Positions 9,937 to 18,936 of a stretch of DNA of 64,000 nt are shown in pieces. This DNA is from an uncultured Alphaproteobacteria bacterium (GTDB taxonomy: Bacteria; Pseudomonadota; Alphaproteobacteria; ATCC43930; CGMCC-115725), in NCBI GenBank assembly GCA_963732095.1, contig CAVSZA010000022.1:117167-181166 (forward strand). The letters run 5' to 3'. Each line of letters begins with the position of its first letter. The first letter of the stretch is position 1. The notes below the pieces were generated by a model. That model ran no database searches and was not told where the DNA came from. It worked only from the letters and a program-made list of their open reading frames with translations. The position numbers and the translations under genes were made by a program.

Positions 9937-10620
9937 ATGCTGCTCCGCGTCCGCTCCATTGTCTATCTGGCCCAACGAATCAACGGCTACGAGCTGGTGG
10001 ACCCGGACGAACGCGATCTGCCCGGGTTCTCGGCCGGGGCGCATGTCTCGGTGCGGGTCGGCCACGGGCCGGTGCGCGACTTCTCGCTGCACAACGATCC
10101 CACCGAACGCGCGCGCTATTGCATCGCTGTGCTGCGAGAGCCGGAAGGGCAGGGATCCCGCGAATGGCATGAGCAGGTGCGCGTCGGCGAAATCGTCGAG
10201 GCTTCGGTGCCGCGCAACAATTTCCCGCTGGCCGCCGAGGCGGAGCACCATCTGCTGATCGCCGGCGGTATCGGCATCACGCCGATCATGTCGATGGTCG
10301 CGGAATTGCGCCGGCGCCGCGCCGATTTCCGTCTGCATTACTGCACCCGTTCGCCCGAGGAGACGGCGTTCCTCGACGATCTCGCGATCCTCGCCGCGCT
10401 GGGGTGGGTGCAGTTCCACCACGACGGCGGCGACCCGGCCAAGGGGCTCGATCTCGCCGCGACATTGCGCGAATACCGCGCCGGCACTCACCTCTATTAC
10501 TGCGGCCCAGCCGGCATGATGGCGGCAGCCGAAGCGGCTGCAAGACATTGGCCGGTCGGAACGGTCCACTGCGAGTATTTTGCGGGACCAAAGGCAGTGC
10601 CGCCAATTCTTGGAAAGTAA
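9937..10620 (+). CDS. PDR/VanB-family oxidoreductase, FAD/NAD(P) domains only; C-terminal [2Fe-2S] domain appears to be missing
   Basis: The listed 459-aa ORF 9241..10620 is only credible from ATG 9937 (MLLRVRSIVYLAQRINGYELV...). Motifs: AGAHVSVRVGHGPVRDFSLHNDP..RYCIAVLRE, HLLIAGGIGITPIMSMV, LYYCGPAGMM, VHCEYF. The protein stops about 10 aa after VHCEYF, where family members continue into a ferredoxin domain. The stop lies 2 bp from the convergent dctA stop. Confidence 0.65.
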   Translation: MLLRVRSIVYLAQRINGYELVDPDERDLPGFSAGAHVSVRVGHGPVRDFSLHNDPTERARYCIAVLREPEGQGSREWHEQVRVGEIVEASVPRNNFPLAAEAEHHLLIAGGIGITPIMSMVAELRRRRADFRLHYCTRSPEETAFLDDLAILAALGWVQFHHDGGDPAKGLDLAATLREYRAGTHLYYCGPAGMMAAAEAAARHWPVGTVHCEYFAGPKAVPPILGK

Positions 10621-10622
10621 AG

Positions 10623-11927
10623 TCAGGCCAAAGCCTTCTCGGGCGCGTCTGCTCCACCATCGCTGGTGCCGGCGAGGTGCCGTTGCAGCTGTGCCATATC
10701 GAGCGCACTCTCCCATTTGGCGACGACCACCGTCGCGACGCCGTTGCCGACGAGATTGGTCAACGCCCGCGCTTCGGACATGAAGCGGTCGATGCCGAGG
10801 ATCAGTGCGATGCTGGCGACCGGGATCGTGCCGACGCTCGACAAGGTGGCGGCGAGAACAATAAAGCCGCTGCCGGTGACGCCCGCCGCCCCCTTCGAGG
10901 TCAGCAGCAGTACCGCCATGATCCCGAGCTGTTGCGCCAGTGACAGATCGGTATTGGTCGCCTGGGCGAGGAACAAAGTCGCCATCGTCAAATAGATGCA
11001 GGTGCCGTCGAGGTTGAACGAATAGCCGGTCGGGATGACCAGCCCGACAACCAACTCGTCACACCCCAAAATCTCCATCTTGGCGATCATCCGCGGCAGT
11101 ACCGCCTCGGAGGAGGAGGTGCCGAGCACAATTAAGAGCTCCTCTTTGATGTAACGGATGAAGCGCAGAATGCTGAACCCGGTCAGCCGGGCGATCGTCC
11201 CCAGCACGACAAAAACAAAGATCAGGCAGGTCGTGTAGAACGCCGCCATCAGCTCGGCGAGCGAGGCCAGCGATCCAATGCCGTATTTCCCGATTGTGAA
11301 CGCCATTGCGCCAAACGCGCCGAGCGGGGCCGCCCGCATGACGATCCCGACAATGCCGAAGAAGACCTGCGCGGCGCTCTCGATCACCGACAGAACTGGC
11401 TTGCCCCGTTCGCCGGCCATGTGGAGCGCGAACGCGAACAGTATCGAGATGAACAGCACCTGGAGGATCTCGCCCTCGGAAAAGGCGCCGACGACGGTTG
11501 CCGGAATGATGTGGAGCAGATAGTCGACGGTGTTCTGCGACTTGGCTTGGGTCGCATAACTCTGGATCGATTTGGTGTCGATGGCGCTCGGGTCGACGTT
11601 CATCCCGCTGCCGGGCTGCCAGAGATTGACGATTATGAGCCCGACGATGAGCGCCAGGGTCGTGACCACCTCGAAATAGACGATCGCCTTCAGGCCGACC
11701 CGGCCGACTTTTTTCATGTCGTTCATGCTGGCGATGCCGTGCACGACCGTGCAGAAGATGATCGGCGCGATCAGCATCTTGATGGCCTTGATGAAGGCCT
11801 CGCCGAGCGGCTGCATCTTGACCGCCAGCGCCGCATAGAAATGACCGAGCAGGATCCCGATCAGGATCGCGCAGACGACCTGGAAATAGAGATGATGATA
11901 GAGCGGCTTGCGCGCTGCGGCAGCCAC
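10623..11927 (-). CDS. dctA: C4-dicarboxylate transporter DctA (dicarboxylate/amino acid:cation symporter)
   Basis: 434 aa. N-terminus [25 protein letters not shown]...[29 protein letters not shown] is typical DctA/DAACS. Confidence 0.9.
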   Translation of the reverse strand: MAAAARKPLYHHLYFQVVCAILIGILLGHFYAALAVKMQPLGEAFIKAIKMLIAPIIFCTVVHGIASMNDMKKVGRVGLKAIVYFEVVTTLALIVGLIIVNLWQPGSGMNVDPSAIDTKSIQSYATQAKSQNTVDYLLHIIPATVVGAFSEGEILQVLFISILFAFALHMAGERGKPVLSVIESAAQVFFGIVGIVMRAAPLGAFGAMAFTIGKYGIGSLASLAELMAAFYTTCLIFVFVVLGTIARLTGFSILRFIRYIKEELLIVLGTSSSEAVLPRMIAKMEILGCDELVVGLVIPTGYSFNLDGTCIYLTMATLFLAQATNTDLSLAQQLGIMAVLLLTSKGAAGVTGSGFIVLAATLSSVGTIPVASIALILGIDRFMSEARALTNLVGNGVATVVVAKWESALDMAQLQRHLAGTSDGGADAPEKALA

Positions 11928-11941
11928 GGTTTAGCGCTGTC

Positions 11942-12880
11942 TCAAGCCTTTCTACGCCGCGATGCAGCAGGGGCGGCGGGCTCCGCCGCAGGCTCTTCCT
12001 TCTTCTTGCGTCCGCCCGATACCGGCAGCAGCAGCGCTCTCTGCCGCCGGTCGGAGGCGGCCGGCGCGCGGGTCGGTTTGGTCGCGGCTTCCTTGGCCGG
12101 CGCCGGCTCCTTCTCCTCCTGCGCCAAGCTGCGCTTTAGCGCGTCCATCAGATTGATGACCTTTGGCGGCTCGGCGACCTCGCGTGGCGCGACGCCCTGA
12201 CCCTTGGTCTTTTGAGCCACGAGCTCGCGCAAGGCATCCTGATAGCGGTCGCGGAAGCTCGTCGGATCGAATTGTCCGGACCGGCGGTCGATGATCGTCT
12301 CGGCGATGCCCACCATGTCGGGATCGATCTCACCCTTGGCCGGCGGGCCGAACTCGGCGGGGCGGACTTCGTCGGCGCTGCGCACCGTCGACATGACGAG
12401 ACCGCCGTCGCGCGGCTCGACCAGCACCAGCCGCTCGCGTCCCGACATCGTCACCCGGCCCAATCCAACCTTGTTCTTGTGCTCCATCGCCTCGCCGATC
12501 ACGCGGAAGGTTTCGGCGGCGAGCTCACCATCCGGATACACGTAGTAGGGCGTGTCGAGATAGACCGGATCGACAGCGTCGCGGTCGACAAAGCGCTCGA
12601 GGTCGATGATCTTCGACGATTCGATCTGCAAGGCCTTCAGTTCATCGTCGTCGATCGTCACATAGCGGCCTCGCTCGTACTCGTACCCTTTGACGATCTG
12701 GTCGCGGTCGACGACCTCTCCGGTTTGCGAGTCGATGAGCTGCTGCTGCACGCGGTTGCCGGTCTCGCTGTTGAGCTGATTGAACCGGACGCGTTTCGCC
12801 TCGGTCGTGGCGGGGACCAGAGCAACCGGGCAGCTCACGAGGGATAGGCGGAGAAACCCGTTCCAGCTGGCTCGTGGCAT
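11942..12880 (-). CDS. ku: Ku protein (NHEJ DNA-end binding)
   Basis: [74 protein letters not shown] is the bacterial Ku core. Lys/Ala-rich basic tail. Immediately downstream of ligD. Confidence 0.9.
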   Translation of the reverse strand: MPRASWNGFLRLSLVSCPVALVPATTEAKRVRFNQLNSETGNRVQQQLIDSQTGEVVDRDQIVKGYEYERGRYVTIDDDELKALQIESSKIIDLERFVDRDAVDPVYLDTPYYVYPDGELAAETFRVIGEAMEHKNKVGLGRVTMSGRERLVLVEPRDGGLVMSTVRSADEVRPAEFGPPAKGEIDPDMVGIAETIIDRRSGQFDPTSFRDRYQDALRELVAQKTKGQGVAPREVAEPPKVINLMDALKRSLAQEEKEPAPAKEAATKPTRAPAASDRRQRALLLPVSGGRKKKEEPAAEPAAPAASRRRKA

Positions 12881-12942
12881 GACGCACTCCTCAAACGAAC
12901 CTCAACGAAGCCACATCGCACCGGCCGTCGCAATCATTAACA

Positions 12943-15552
12943 TCATATCCCGGTCTGCCGGCGCACCGCAGCACTTATCGATTGGCGGATTTTTCGGATT
13001 TCTGCCCAGGGGTCGGCGGGGAGCGCCGAAAGTCGTTGCGGCACAGTCTCAACGGTGAACTCGTCGGGCCTCACGCCCTGTTCGACCTCCTCCCAGGAGA
13101 CCGGGGTCGAGACCGGGGCGCCCGGCCGCGCACGCGGACTATAAGCCCCGACCGCGGTTGCGCCGCGGCCGTTGCGCAGATAATCGATGTAGATGCGGCC
13201 CCGCCGCGCTCTCTTGGCCATATTCGCCGTGAAGTCCTGCGGGCGTTGCGCGACGAGGCTGTCGGCAACCCATTTTGCGAAGGCCTTTACCTGGTCCCAG
13301 CCAAGCTTGGGTGTCAGCGGGATCACTACATGCAGGCCCTTGCCCCCTGTCGTCTTTGCAAAGCTCTGGAGGCCGATCCCGGCGAGTGCCTCGCGCACAT
13401 CGACAGCGGCTTCGGTCACGCGCTGCCACGGCAGCCCCTCGTCGGGGTCGAGATCCATCGTGACCCGATCGGGCATTTCGAGCTTGTCGATCTGCGAGCC
13501 CCAGGGATGGATCTCGAGCACGCCCATCTGCACCAACGCGATGAGGCCCGGCAGATCATCGCTGTAGGGATAGATCTCCGGTTCCGCGCCGTCCTTGAGT
13601 TCGAATCGCTTTAACGCCGCAGGAGCCTCGTCGCCAATATGCTTCTGGTAAAACGTCTTCTGCCCGGCCGCCGGCGAGCGCACCAATGTCAGGAGCCGGT
13701 GCGCCAATTGCGGCAAGGCCCAGTCGCTCACCGCCGTATAATACCGCGCGACATCGAGCTTGGTGAGGTTCGTGCCGGGATAGAGGATGCGGTCGGGATG
13801 GGTGAGCCGGACCCCCTCGAATAGGAGGCTTCCGTCGCGAGCGCGTTCCGGTTCGTCGGTTTCCGCCTCCTTTGAAGGGGCTTGCTTGGGCCGCGCCGGG
13901 GTTTTCTTCGGCTTTGCGGCAGGCTCCACTGCGGCTCGTGATTTCGGGTCATAAACCACGTCTCTCGCGTCCTTATCCTCGCGCAGGCCCTGGAACGAAG
14001 CTTGGCGCACAATTGCATCTGCCGTCCACGTCGCGAATTCGACTTCGGCGACGAGGCGCGGCTCGATCCAATGCACGCCTTTGCGCGAGACCCCTTTGGG
14101 TAAGGTGACGGTTGGATCCGGTCGTGCCAGAGACTCGAGGTGTCGATGCACCTGGATCAACTGGCCGGTGTTGAAACCGGTGCCGACGCGGCCCGCATAG
14201 CGCAACTTTCCCTGTGGGTCATAGTAGCCCACGAGCAGCGCCCCGAAGCCCTCCCGGCTGCCTTCGGGATCCGTATAGCCGACGATCACGAACTCCTCGC
14301 GATTGCGGCATTTGGATTTGAGCCAGCTGCGGCTTCGCCCCGGCCGGTAAGGCTCGGTCCGCCGTTTCGAAACGATCCCTTCCAGCGCAAAATTGCATGC
14401 CTGACTGAGAAACGCCGGTCCGCGGCCGATCTGGTGATCGCTGTAGCGGAGCATACCTTGCTGGTTCGGCGATATGATCTCGGCGAGCGCGGCCTTCCGG
14501 TCCTCCAGTGCCGCGCCGGTCAGATCCCAGCCGTCGCGATACAACAGATCGAACGCGAAGAAGTTGAGTGCGCCCGTCTTCCCGCTAGAGATCGCGTCCT
14601 GCAGTCCGGAAAAGCTCGTCGTGCCTTCCGGCTCCAGATGAACGAGCTCGCCGTCGATCACCGCGGAGTTGAGCGGCAGTTCGCCAAGGCGATCCGCGAG
14701 CGCCGGGAATTTGGCGGTCCAATCGAGACCGCCGCGAGTGATTAGCCGGACCTCGCCATCCTCGATCCGGGCGAGCAGGCGGTATCCGTCGTATTTGATC
14801 TCGTGCAGCCATTCGGGTCCGTCCGGCGCCTGGCTTGCCAGGGTCGCGAGCTGCGGCTGCAGTTTGTCGGGCATGCGGCGTTTGCGAGCGCCGGGAATGT
14901 CTTGCACCGCGATGATCTGCACCGGCGGCTTTTCGTTGTCACCCCGGTTTGACTGCCAGACCCAGTCGCGATCCGTGGCAATCGTGTCGAGCGAACGGCC
15001 GCTGGCGACACTGAGCGGATTGTCGGCGACGACGGCGTCGCCGCTCTGCGGCACCGCTGCCGCGTCCCGCTCCTTGATCAGCAGCCAGTTTTCGTGGCGC
15101 TCGTTGGCGGCCTTTCCTCCCATCCGAACCAAAGCCCAATTACCGTGCAATTTCTCGCCCTTGAGGGTGAATTTGAGCGATCCTTTCCGATACGCCGCCT
15201 CCGGGTCCGAATTGAGCGGGACCCAAATGCCTCGATCCCAGAGCAGCACGGTTCCACCGCCGTATTCGCCTTCCGGGATGACCCCCTCGAACGCGCCGTA
15301 ATCGAGCGGATGGTCCTCGACATGGACCGCCAGCCGCTTCTCCCCCGGATCGAGGCTCGGGCCCTTCGGCACCGCCCAGCTTTTCAGGACGCCGTCGAGC
15401 TCGAGGCGAAAATCATAATGAAGTCGCCTCGCCGCATGCTTCTGGATGACAAAGGAGAGCCCGGCGCCGGTTTTATCGTGAGGCGCCCCGGCGCCTGCCG
15501 GCTCTGGCGTCTTGCGGAAATCCCGTTTGCGTCTGTATTCCTCGAGCGCCAT
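12943..15552 (-). CDS. ligD: ATP-dependent DNA ligase LigD (phosphoesterase-ligase-polymerase)
   Basis: The ORF track starts at 15627; the better start is ATG 15552 (MALEEYRRKRDFRKTPEP). PE domain (FVIQKHAARRLHYDFRLE), ligase adenylation motif (LHEIKYDGYRLL), and a C-terminal primase-polymerase domain (RLTHPDRILYP...). Confidence 0.9.
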   Translation of the reverse strand: MALEEYRRKRDFRKTPEPAGAGAPHDKTGAGLSFVIQKHAARRLHYDFRLELDGVLKSWAVPKGPSLDPGEKRLAVHVEDHPLDYGAFEGVIPEGEYGGGTVLLWDRGIWVPLNSDPEAAYRKGSLKFTLKGEKLHGNWALVRMGGKAANERHENWLLIKERDAAAVPQSGDAVVADNPLSVASGRSLDTIATDRDWVWQSNRGDNEKPPVQIIAVQDIPGARKRRMPDKLQPQLATLASQAPDGPEWLHEIKYDGYRLLARIEDGEVRLITRGGLDWTAKFPALADRLGELPLNSAVIDGELVHLEPEGTTSFSGLQDAISSGKTGALNFFAFDLLYRDGWDLTGAALEDRKAALAEIISPNQQGMLRYSDHQIGRGPAFLSQACNFALEGIVSKRRTEPYRPGRSRSWLKSKCRNREEFVIVGYTDPEGSREGFGALLVGYYDPQGKLRYAGRVGTGFNTGQLIQVHRHLESLARPDPTVTLPKGVSRKGVHWIEPRLVAEVEFATWTADAIVRQASFQGLREDKDARDVVYDPKSRAAVEPAAKPKKTPARPKQAPSKEAETDEPERARDGSLLFEGVRLTHPDRILYPGTNLTKLDVARYYTAVSDWALPQLAHRLLTLVRSPAAGQKTFYQKHIGDEAPAALKRFELKDGAEPEIYPYSDDLPGLIALVQMGVLEIHPWGSQIDKLEMPDRVTMDLDPDEGLPWQRVTEAAVDVREALAGIGLQSFAKTTGGKGLHVVIPLTPKLGWDQVKAFAKWVADSLVAQRPQDFTANMAKRARRGRIYIDYLRNGRGATAVGAYSPRARPGAPVSTPVSWEEVEQGVRPDEFTVETVPQRLSALPADPWAEIRKIRQSISAAVRRQTGI

Positions 15553-15745
15553 GCTGACCAGCCATATTCCGGGGCCGATTAGACACATATTGTTCGGCCA
15601 CCGTGGGATCAAAGCGGGTGCGAGCATAAGCAGGAGGTTGTCTCGGGGTTGTTCCCCGTACGTTCACTTAGAGTTAATTCGTAAATGCTAGAACAAAACG
15701 AGCACCGAAGTCGTATCGGTGCCGAGTGCCGAGTGGGAGATGCAT

Positions 15746-16585
15746 ATGGGTTATCTCGCTGTGGGTGCCGCGTTATTCGCGGTCGTGGCATTGGCGTCGA
15801 CATCGGCGCCGGCGGCCGATTGCGGAGTGGACGCAGACGAGGCGAACGCCAAGTGCTACCCAACGCTGCAGGCCGCCGTTGATGCGGCGCTCGCCGCCGA
15901 TCTCCCCCTGGTCTTGCCGCGCGGCACCTATCGGATCAGAGCGCCGCTCGTCATCGACTACTCGCACCATGCCGGGACCGGTTTCGAACTGACCGCGCGC
16001 GGCGCGACGATCGACGGGACGGCCGTGGGCGGGCCCGCCCTCATCGTCGAATGCGCGGCGGATTGTTTCTACTTTCATCAGGAGGGAACGCTTTTCGTCA
16101 ATGCCGACACCGACGGCCCTGCCGTGGTGTTCGGCAAAGCCGATTTCTCCGACCCTCAGAACTCCGGCAAGCTCGACCATCTGATCGTCAACAATCGTAA
16201 CACCGGCCAACTCGCGACGGGCTGTCAATTCAACTACGTCCTCAACTGGGACATAAACGCGGTCTGCGTTTCTGCCGGCGGCGGATCCGGGATCGATCTC
16301 GAACAGCTGCAATTCAGCACTCTTCGCGGCGCTGCCTCGGCAACGGCGGGAACGGCGATCACACTCGGCTCAGGCTATATTTTTGCCAACACCTTCGAAG
16401 GTCTCGACCTCGAAGCCTCTCCGGTCTGCATCTCCGACATGTCGCCGCGCACCACGAACAACACCTGGACCTCTCCCTATCTCAACTGCCCAACCGGTCT
16501 CGTCTACTCGCGGGACACGACGACATTCGGGCAGATCCGTTGGCAATTGGGCGCAGACGTGCAAACCCCCTACACCCAACACTAG
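15746..16585 (+). CDS. secreted hypothetical protein, probable right-handed beta-helix fold
   Basis: GGGAG at 15734-15738, then ATG 15746. Signal peptide MGYLAVGAALFAVVALASTSAPA. Repetitive G/N/T-rich segments (IVNNRNTGQLATGCQFNYVLNWDINAVCVSAGGGSGIDLEQLQF...) resemble pectate-lyase-type beta-helix proteins. The fold call is inference. Confidence 0.6.
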   Translation: MGYLAVGAALFAVVALASTSAPAADCGVDADEANAKCYPTLQAAVDAALAADLPLVLPRGTYRIRAPLVIDYSHHAGTGFELTARGATIDGTAVGGPALIVECAADCFYFHQEGTLFVNADTDGPAVVFGKADFSDPQNSGKLDHLIVNNRNTGQLATGCQFNYVLNWDINAVCVSAGGGSGIDLEQLQFSTLRGAASATAGTAITLGSGYIFANTFEGLDLEASPVCISDMSPRTTNNTWTSPYLNCPTGLVYSRDTTTFGQIRWQLGADVQTPYTQH

Positions 16586-16644
16586 GAAGATCGCACCCGC
16601 GCTCGGCGCAAATTGGCCGTGTCATTGCGAGGCGCGCCTTCGCG

Positions 16645-16694
16645 GCGAAGCAATCTTGACCCACCGAGGGCTCAGCGGCGCGAGATTGCTTCGC
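16645..16694. repeat. intergenic palindromic element (12-bp perfect inverted repeat, 26-nt spacer)
   Basis: GCGAAGCAATCT (16645-16656) and AGATTGCTTCGC (16683-16694) are exact reverse complements. Preceded by gtcattgcgagg, which resembles the 'cattgcgag...gaagcaatc' dispersed repeat family I recall from Bradyrhizobiaceae intergenic regions. Confidence 0.6.
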
Positions 16695-16784
16695 TGTGGG
16701 AGAGCGATCTAGTCATGGCCCATTAGCCAAAGGCCAGCTAAGCTGCCGGGAATCAATCCCAGCCACAGCAATCGAATTGCAGCC

Positions 16785-17951
16785 ATGAAGATCCGATCGG
16801 TCGACGCGTATTGGGTGCACATTCCGATCCCGCCCGAGAAACAGCACACCAGCGATTTCGGGCGGACAACCTCGTTCGATGCGACGTTGGTGCGCATCGA
16901 CACCGAATGCGGCTTGACCGGGTGGGGCGAGGCCAAGTCTCAGGTCGGCAGCATGGCGGCCAACCAAGCGCTGACCGCGATGATCAACGAGGAATTCGCG
17001 CCGCTGCTGGTCGGCGAAGACCCCCGAGACATTACGAGGTTATGGGAAACCCTCTACAACGGGAGCCGCGCCCATTACGCATTGAAGGAAGGGCGGGTCT
17101 TTCCCGTGCTGGGGCGGCGCGGCATCACGATCTCGGCGTTGAGCGGCATCGATTGCGCGCTGTGGGACATTCTGGGCAAATCGCTCGGTGTCCCGGTGTG
17201 GCGCCTGCTCGGCGGCCGCACATCCCCGACGATGCCCGCCTATGCCTCGGGCGGCTGGGCGGGGCCGGACAGGATCGGCGAGCAGCTGTTGGGGTATGTC
17301 GAGGCCGGCGGGTTCCGCGCCGTTAAGATGCGGGTCGGCGTCATCGACAGCGATCCGCGCCACTCGGCGCGCCGGGTGGCTGCGGCCCGCGCCGCACTCG
17401 GCCCCGATTGCGGGTTGATGGTCGATGCGCACGGCACCTTCTCGGTGGCGGAGGCCAAGCGCTTCTGCCGCCTCGTCGAGGATTGCAACCTCGCCTGGTT
17501 CGAGGAGCCGGTGACCGCCGACGACAAGGCCGGGTGCGCCCAGGTACGCGCCGCGACGGACATCCCGATCGCCGCCGGAGAAAGCGAATTCACGCGGCAT
17601 GATTTCCGCGATCTGGCGATGCTGGCGGCGGTCGATATTTTCCAGCCCGATCTGGCGATCTGCGGCGGCGTCACCGAGGCGATGCGGATTTCGGCCCTGG
17701 CCAGCGCGCACAACCTCAAGCTCGCGCCGCATCTTTGGGCCGGCGCTCCAGCGTTTGCCGCCGGGCTGCATGTTGCCGCCGCGTCGCCCGCCGGGTTCAT
17801 CGTCGAGTACTCCCTCGGCGCCAACCCGCTGCTGCACGATCTCGTAGAAGAGTTGTTCCCCGTCCGGGATGGGGAGATCGAAATCCCCGACCGGCCCGGC
17901 CTCGGCATAACCGTGCGCGAGGATTTCCTTGCCGCGCATACCGTAAAATGA
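16785..17951 (+). CDS. mandelate racemase/muconate lactonizing enzyme family protein (enolase superfamily, sugar-acid dehydratase-like)
   Basis: 388 aa. MKIRSVDAYWVHIPIP...LVRIDTECGLTGWGEA (capping domain), LMVDAHGTF, WFEEP and the IPIAAGESEF barrel metal ligands. Confidence 0.85.
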   Translation: MKIRSVDAYWVHIPIPPEKQHTSDFGRTTSFDATLVRIDTECGLTGWGEAKSQVGSMAANQALTAMINEEFAPLLVGEDPRDITRLWETLYNGSRAHYALKEGRVFPVLGRRGITISALSGIDCALWDILGKSLGVPVWRLLGGRTSPTMPAYASGGWAGPDRIGEQLLGYVEAGGFRAVKMRVGVIDSDPRHSARRVAAARAALGPDCGLMVDAHGTFSVAEAKRFCRLVEDCNLAWFEEPVTADDKAGCAQVRAATDIPIAAGESEFTRHDFRDLAMLAAVDIFQPDLAICGGVTEAMRISALASAHNLKLAPHLWAGAPAFAAGLHVAAASPAGFIVEYSLGANPLLHDLVEELFPVRDGEIEIPDRPGLGITVREDFLAAHTVK

Positions 17952-18925
17952 AGGCGCTGTTTCTCGGCAACGTCGCGGCCGACACCGCAAACGGCATCAG
18001 GAACCGCCTGCCGCCCGGTCTGAACGTCGCGATCCTTGGCGATCCGCAGCAGCTGATGCGATCGCCCGAAGCTGCTTCCGATGCCGACCTCGTCGTCACC
18101 AACATCTGGCGCGCCGAATACCCGCCGGCGTCCCGTGTGAAGCTGGTGCAATCGGTCGCCACCGGCATCGAGCTGATCGACCTCGCCGCCCTGCCGCCCC
18201 GCGTTACGGTTTGCAACGCCTTCGGCCACGAGACGGCGATCGCCGAATACATCCTGATGGTTATGCTGGTCTGGAGCCACCGGTTTCGGGAAATCGAGGG
18301 TGACTTTCGCACCCGCTCGTCGTGGCAATCCAGCTGGGTGCAGAGCGGGGCGCCGCATGGCGAGATCCTCGGCCGCACGGTCGGGATTGTCGGGCTCGGC
18401 CGGGTCGGGCACGAGGTCGCGCGCCGCGCCGCCGCGTTCGGCTGCCGCATCATCGCGGCGAACCGCAGCACACGGGAGCCGGGGAGGGGGGTCGAGCAAG
18501 TCTTTCCGCTGAGCGAACTCGACAATATGCTCGCCGAGTGCGATTACGTCGTGCTGTGCACCGCGCTCGCCCCGGAGACCGAGAGGTTGATCGACGCGCG
18601 CCGGCTCGCGCTGATGAAACGCTCGGCATTTCTGGTCAACATCGCTCGCGGCACGGTCATCGACGAGGGCGCAATTTATGCAGCGCTGCGCGACCGCACC
18701 ATCGGCGGAGCGGCGCTCGACGTGTGGTGGCGGTATCCGGACGCAAGCGATCCGGAACGCCGCCCGTCGCGTTATCCGTTTCACGAATTGCCGAACGTTA
18801 TCATGACGCCGCATTGCTCTGGCTGGACCGAGGGCATGGTGGCGCGGCGTTGGGCCGAAGTGGCGGGCAACATCAACCGCTTCGTTCGCGGCGAGCCGCT
18901 GCAGAACGTCGTGGTCACGACCTGA
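17948..18925 (+). CDS. D-isomer-specific 2-hydroxyacid dehydrogenase family protein
   Basis: ATGA start/stop overlap with the upstream gene (ATG 17948). NAD motif GRTVGIVGLGRVGHEVARRAAAFGCRI. Also LVNIARGTVIDEGAL-like and MTPHCSG motifs. Confidence 0.85.
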   Translation: MKALFLGNVAADTANGIRNRLPPGLNVAILGDPQQLMRSPEAASDADLVVTNIWRAEYPPASRVKLVQSVATGIELIDLAALPPRVTVCNAFGHETAIAEYILMVMLVWSHRFREIEGDFRTRSSWQSSWVQSGAPHGEILGRTVGIVGLGRVGHEVARRAAAFGCRIIAANRSTREPGRGVEQVFPLSELDNMLAECDYVVLCTALAPETERLIDARRLALMKRSAFLVNIARGTVIDEGAIYAALRDRTIGGAALDVWWRYPDASDPERRPSRYPFHELPNVIMTPHCSGWTEGMVARRWAEVAGNINRFVRGEPLQNVVVTT

Positions 18926-18936
18926 GGGGAAGCCGC

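Noticed and set aside
17240-18814. Very long antisense or alternative-frame ORFs. Examples: 17240..18814 (524 aa), 49914..51476 (520 aa), 55091..56458 (455 aa), 27948..29276 (442 aa), 58267..59547 (426 aa), 3805..4929 (374 aa), 24573..25646 (357 aa), 17040..17990, 43578..44564.
   Set aside because: All lie opposite or out of frame to genes with unmistakable family motifs. They have Arg/Pro/Gly/Ala-dominated composition typical of shadow ORFs in GC-rich DNA, and they lack SD sequences.
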